A DNA stretch of 64,000 bases from an uncultured Gemmatimonadales bacterium (lineage in GTDB: Bacteria > Gemmatimonadota > Gemmatimonadetes > Longimicrobiales > Longimicrobiaceae): contig OY970303.1 in assembly GCA_963716255.1 (NCBI GenBank), positions 3,968,001 to 4,032,000 of the forward strand, given 5' to 3'. Position 1 is the stretch's first letter, and each line of letters starts with the position of its first letter. This document shows, piece by piece, positions 62,668 to 64,000 of this stretch. The translations under genes and the position numbers were made by a program. The notes under the pieces were generated by a model that was given only the letters and a program-made list of their open reading frames with translations, did no database searches and was not told the DNA's origin.

Positions 62668-64000
62668 TCACAGACCGAGAGCGCGCGCCACGTTGATGCG
62701 ACCCTTGCCGAAGTACGGGTCGGTGCCCGGCTGGCCAAGGTCGTCCGCGGACTGCTGGATGCGCGCCTTGACCTGCGCCGGGTTGTCCTTGCCGAGCTCC
62801 GCGACCAGCAGCGCCGCCAGTCCCGCGACGTGCGGAGCGGCCTGGCTGGTGCCGATCAGCGCGTTCACGCTCCCGCCGGACGCGCACGGCCGGACGGACG
62901 GCGTGGCGGGGTTGATGAGCAGGTTCTTGGGGCACATGGACCACACCCAGGAAACATTGTCCGTGCCCCACGGCCAGACGCTGAGGGTGTTGCTCGCGTT
63001 GCCGCCGGGCGCTGCCACGTTGATGGCGGAGCGGCCGAAGTTGGTGTAGTAGGCGGGAACGTCCGGGGAGCCCCCGAACGTTTCAGGTCCGGTCGCCGAC
63101 ACGCAGATCACGTGCTGCGCGTCGCAGTACGCAGCGTACAGACCGGGGACGCGCTGCAGCTCGCCGTTCTCGTCGGGGATCAGGTTGCGGTCCAGGTCGG
63201 TGGACTCGTTGCCGGCCGCCACCACGACCACTACCCCCTGCCGCTTGGCGTAGCTGAAGACCTGATTGAAGAGGCGAATCAGCTGGCCGTTGCCCGCCCT
63301 GGTGAACATGACGCCGAGGCTCAAGTTGATCACGTCGGCATCGTGGTCCGCAGCCCACAGGATGCCCTGCAGGACGGCCGAGATGGCGCCGCTGCCGTCC
63401 GCGCCCAGCACCTTGACACCCATCAGCGTGGTGCGCGAGGACACGCCGGCGTGGGCGGCCCCGGTGCTGGAGACCTGCGAGGCGACGTTGGTGCCGTGCC
63501 CGTTGAGGTCGTCCACCACGTGGCGACCCGGAAAGTTGGCGGCGATGATCGCGTCGTCCGAGGGGATGAACGAGGTGGAGCGGGAAAGGTCCACCAGCCC
63601 GTTCGCGTCCAGCGAGTTGTAGTCGATGCCCGTGTCCAGGATCGCCACCGTGACGGCCGGGGAGCCCAGCTTGCCTGCTGCCCAGGCCTGGTCGGCGTGG
63701 ATCGCCTTCATGTTCCACTGCCAGGAGTAGCGGAGCGCCGCGGCGGGGTTCGCCTGGCTGGCGATGCCGACCTGGCCCAGCGGTGCAATCACCGGCTCCT
63801 TCGGACGCGACAGCACCATGACGCCGTTGGGCTGCACCTCGGCGACCGAGCTCGCCCCGGCCAGCTGCGTGGCGGCGGCGGCGGAAAGGCCGCTCACCAC
63901 CGCGACGCCCGCGCCCTCGTGGACGAACGACACGGTGCCGCCCAGCGCTTCGACGGAGGCCCGGAAGCCGTTGCCGTTGCCTTTGAGGCGCACGAGGTAC
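62668..64000 (-). CDS. S8 serine protease, 5' end beyond the window
   Basis: ILDTG, HGTNVAS, AAGN, GTSQAAPHV; frame open to the window edge. Confidence 0.92.
   Translation of the reverse strand, partial: YLVRLKGNGNGFRASVEALGGTVSFVHEGAGVAVVSGLSAAAATQLAGASSVAEVQPNGVMVLSRPKEPVIAPLGQVGIASQANPAAALRYSWQWNMKAIHADQAWAAGKLGSPAVTVAILDTGIDYNSLDANGLVDLSRSTSFIPSDDAIIAANFPGRHVVDDLNGHGTNVASQVSSTGAAHAGVSSRTTLMGVKVLGADGSGAISAVLQGILWAADHDADVINLSLGVMFTRAGNGQLIRLFNQVFSYAKRQGVVVVVAAGNESTDLDRNLIPDENGELQRVPGLYAAYCDAQHVICVSATGPETFGGSPDVPAYYTNFGRSAINVAAPGGNASNTLSVWPWGTDNVSWVWSMCPKNLLINPATPSVRPCASGGSVNALIGTSQAAPHVAGLAALLVAELGKDNPAQVKARIQQSADDLGQPGTDPYFGKGRINVARALGL

Overview
Very GC-rich bacterial chromosome segment. 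The taxon is probably Gemmatimonadota (Longimicrobium-like); this is inferred from gene content, not tested. It holds a complete IS5-family element with 14-bp inverted repeats and an ATAG target duplication, and many housekeeping genes: a pabB-pabC fusion, leuS, a serB/aminotransferase/serA operon, two HU genes, rpsU, rnd, cobB, pyk, pgi and htpX. There is an rRNA-free array of 19 tRNA genes, a rifamycin phosphotransferase (rph) preceded by a 19-bp RAE palindrome, four S8 proteases and two PEP-CTERM proteins. The most unusual signals are four. (1) A ~130-bp intergenic repeat in six copies folds into a multi-branch structure with extensive compensatory base changes; it shares a hairpin module with a second three-copy repeat family and clusters with REP-like palindromes. 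(2) An overlapping three-gene operon encodes an IsdG-like ABM protein, a stand-alone CarH-type B12-binding protein and a soluble histidine kinase, and a CarH-like operator lies about 4.4 kb upstream, before a different gene. (3) The RAE-rph cassette, described from Actinobacteria, occurs in what looks like a non-actinobacterial host. (4) A DEAD-box-like protein has degenerate catalytic motifs. Start codons were picked by eye and no database searches were run.
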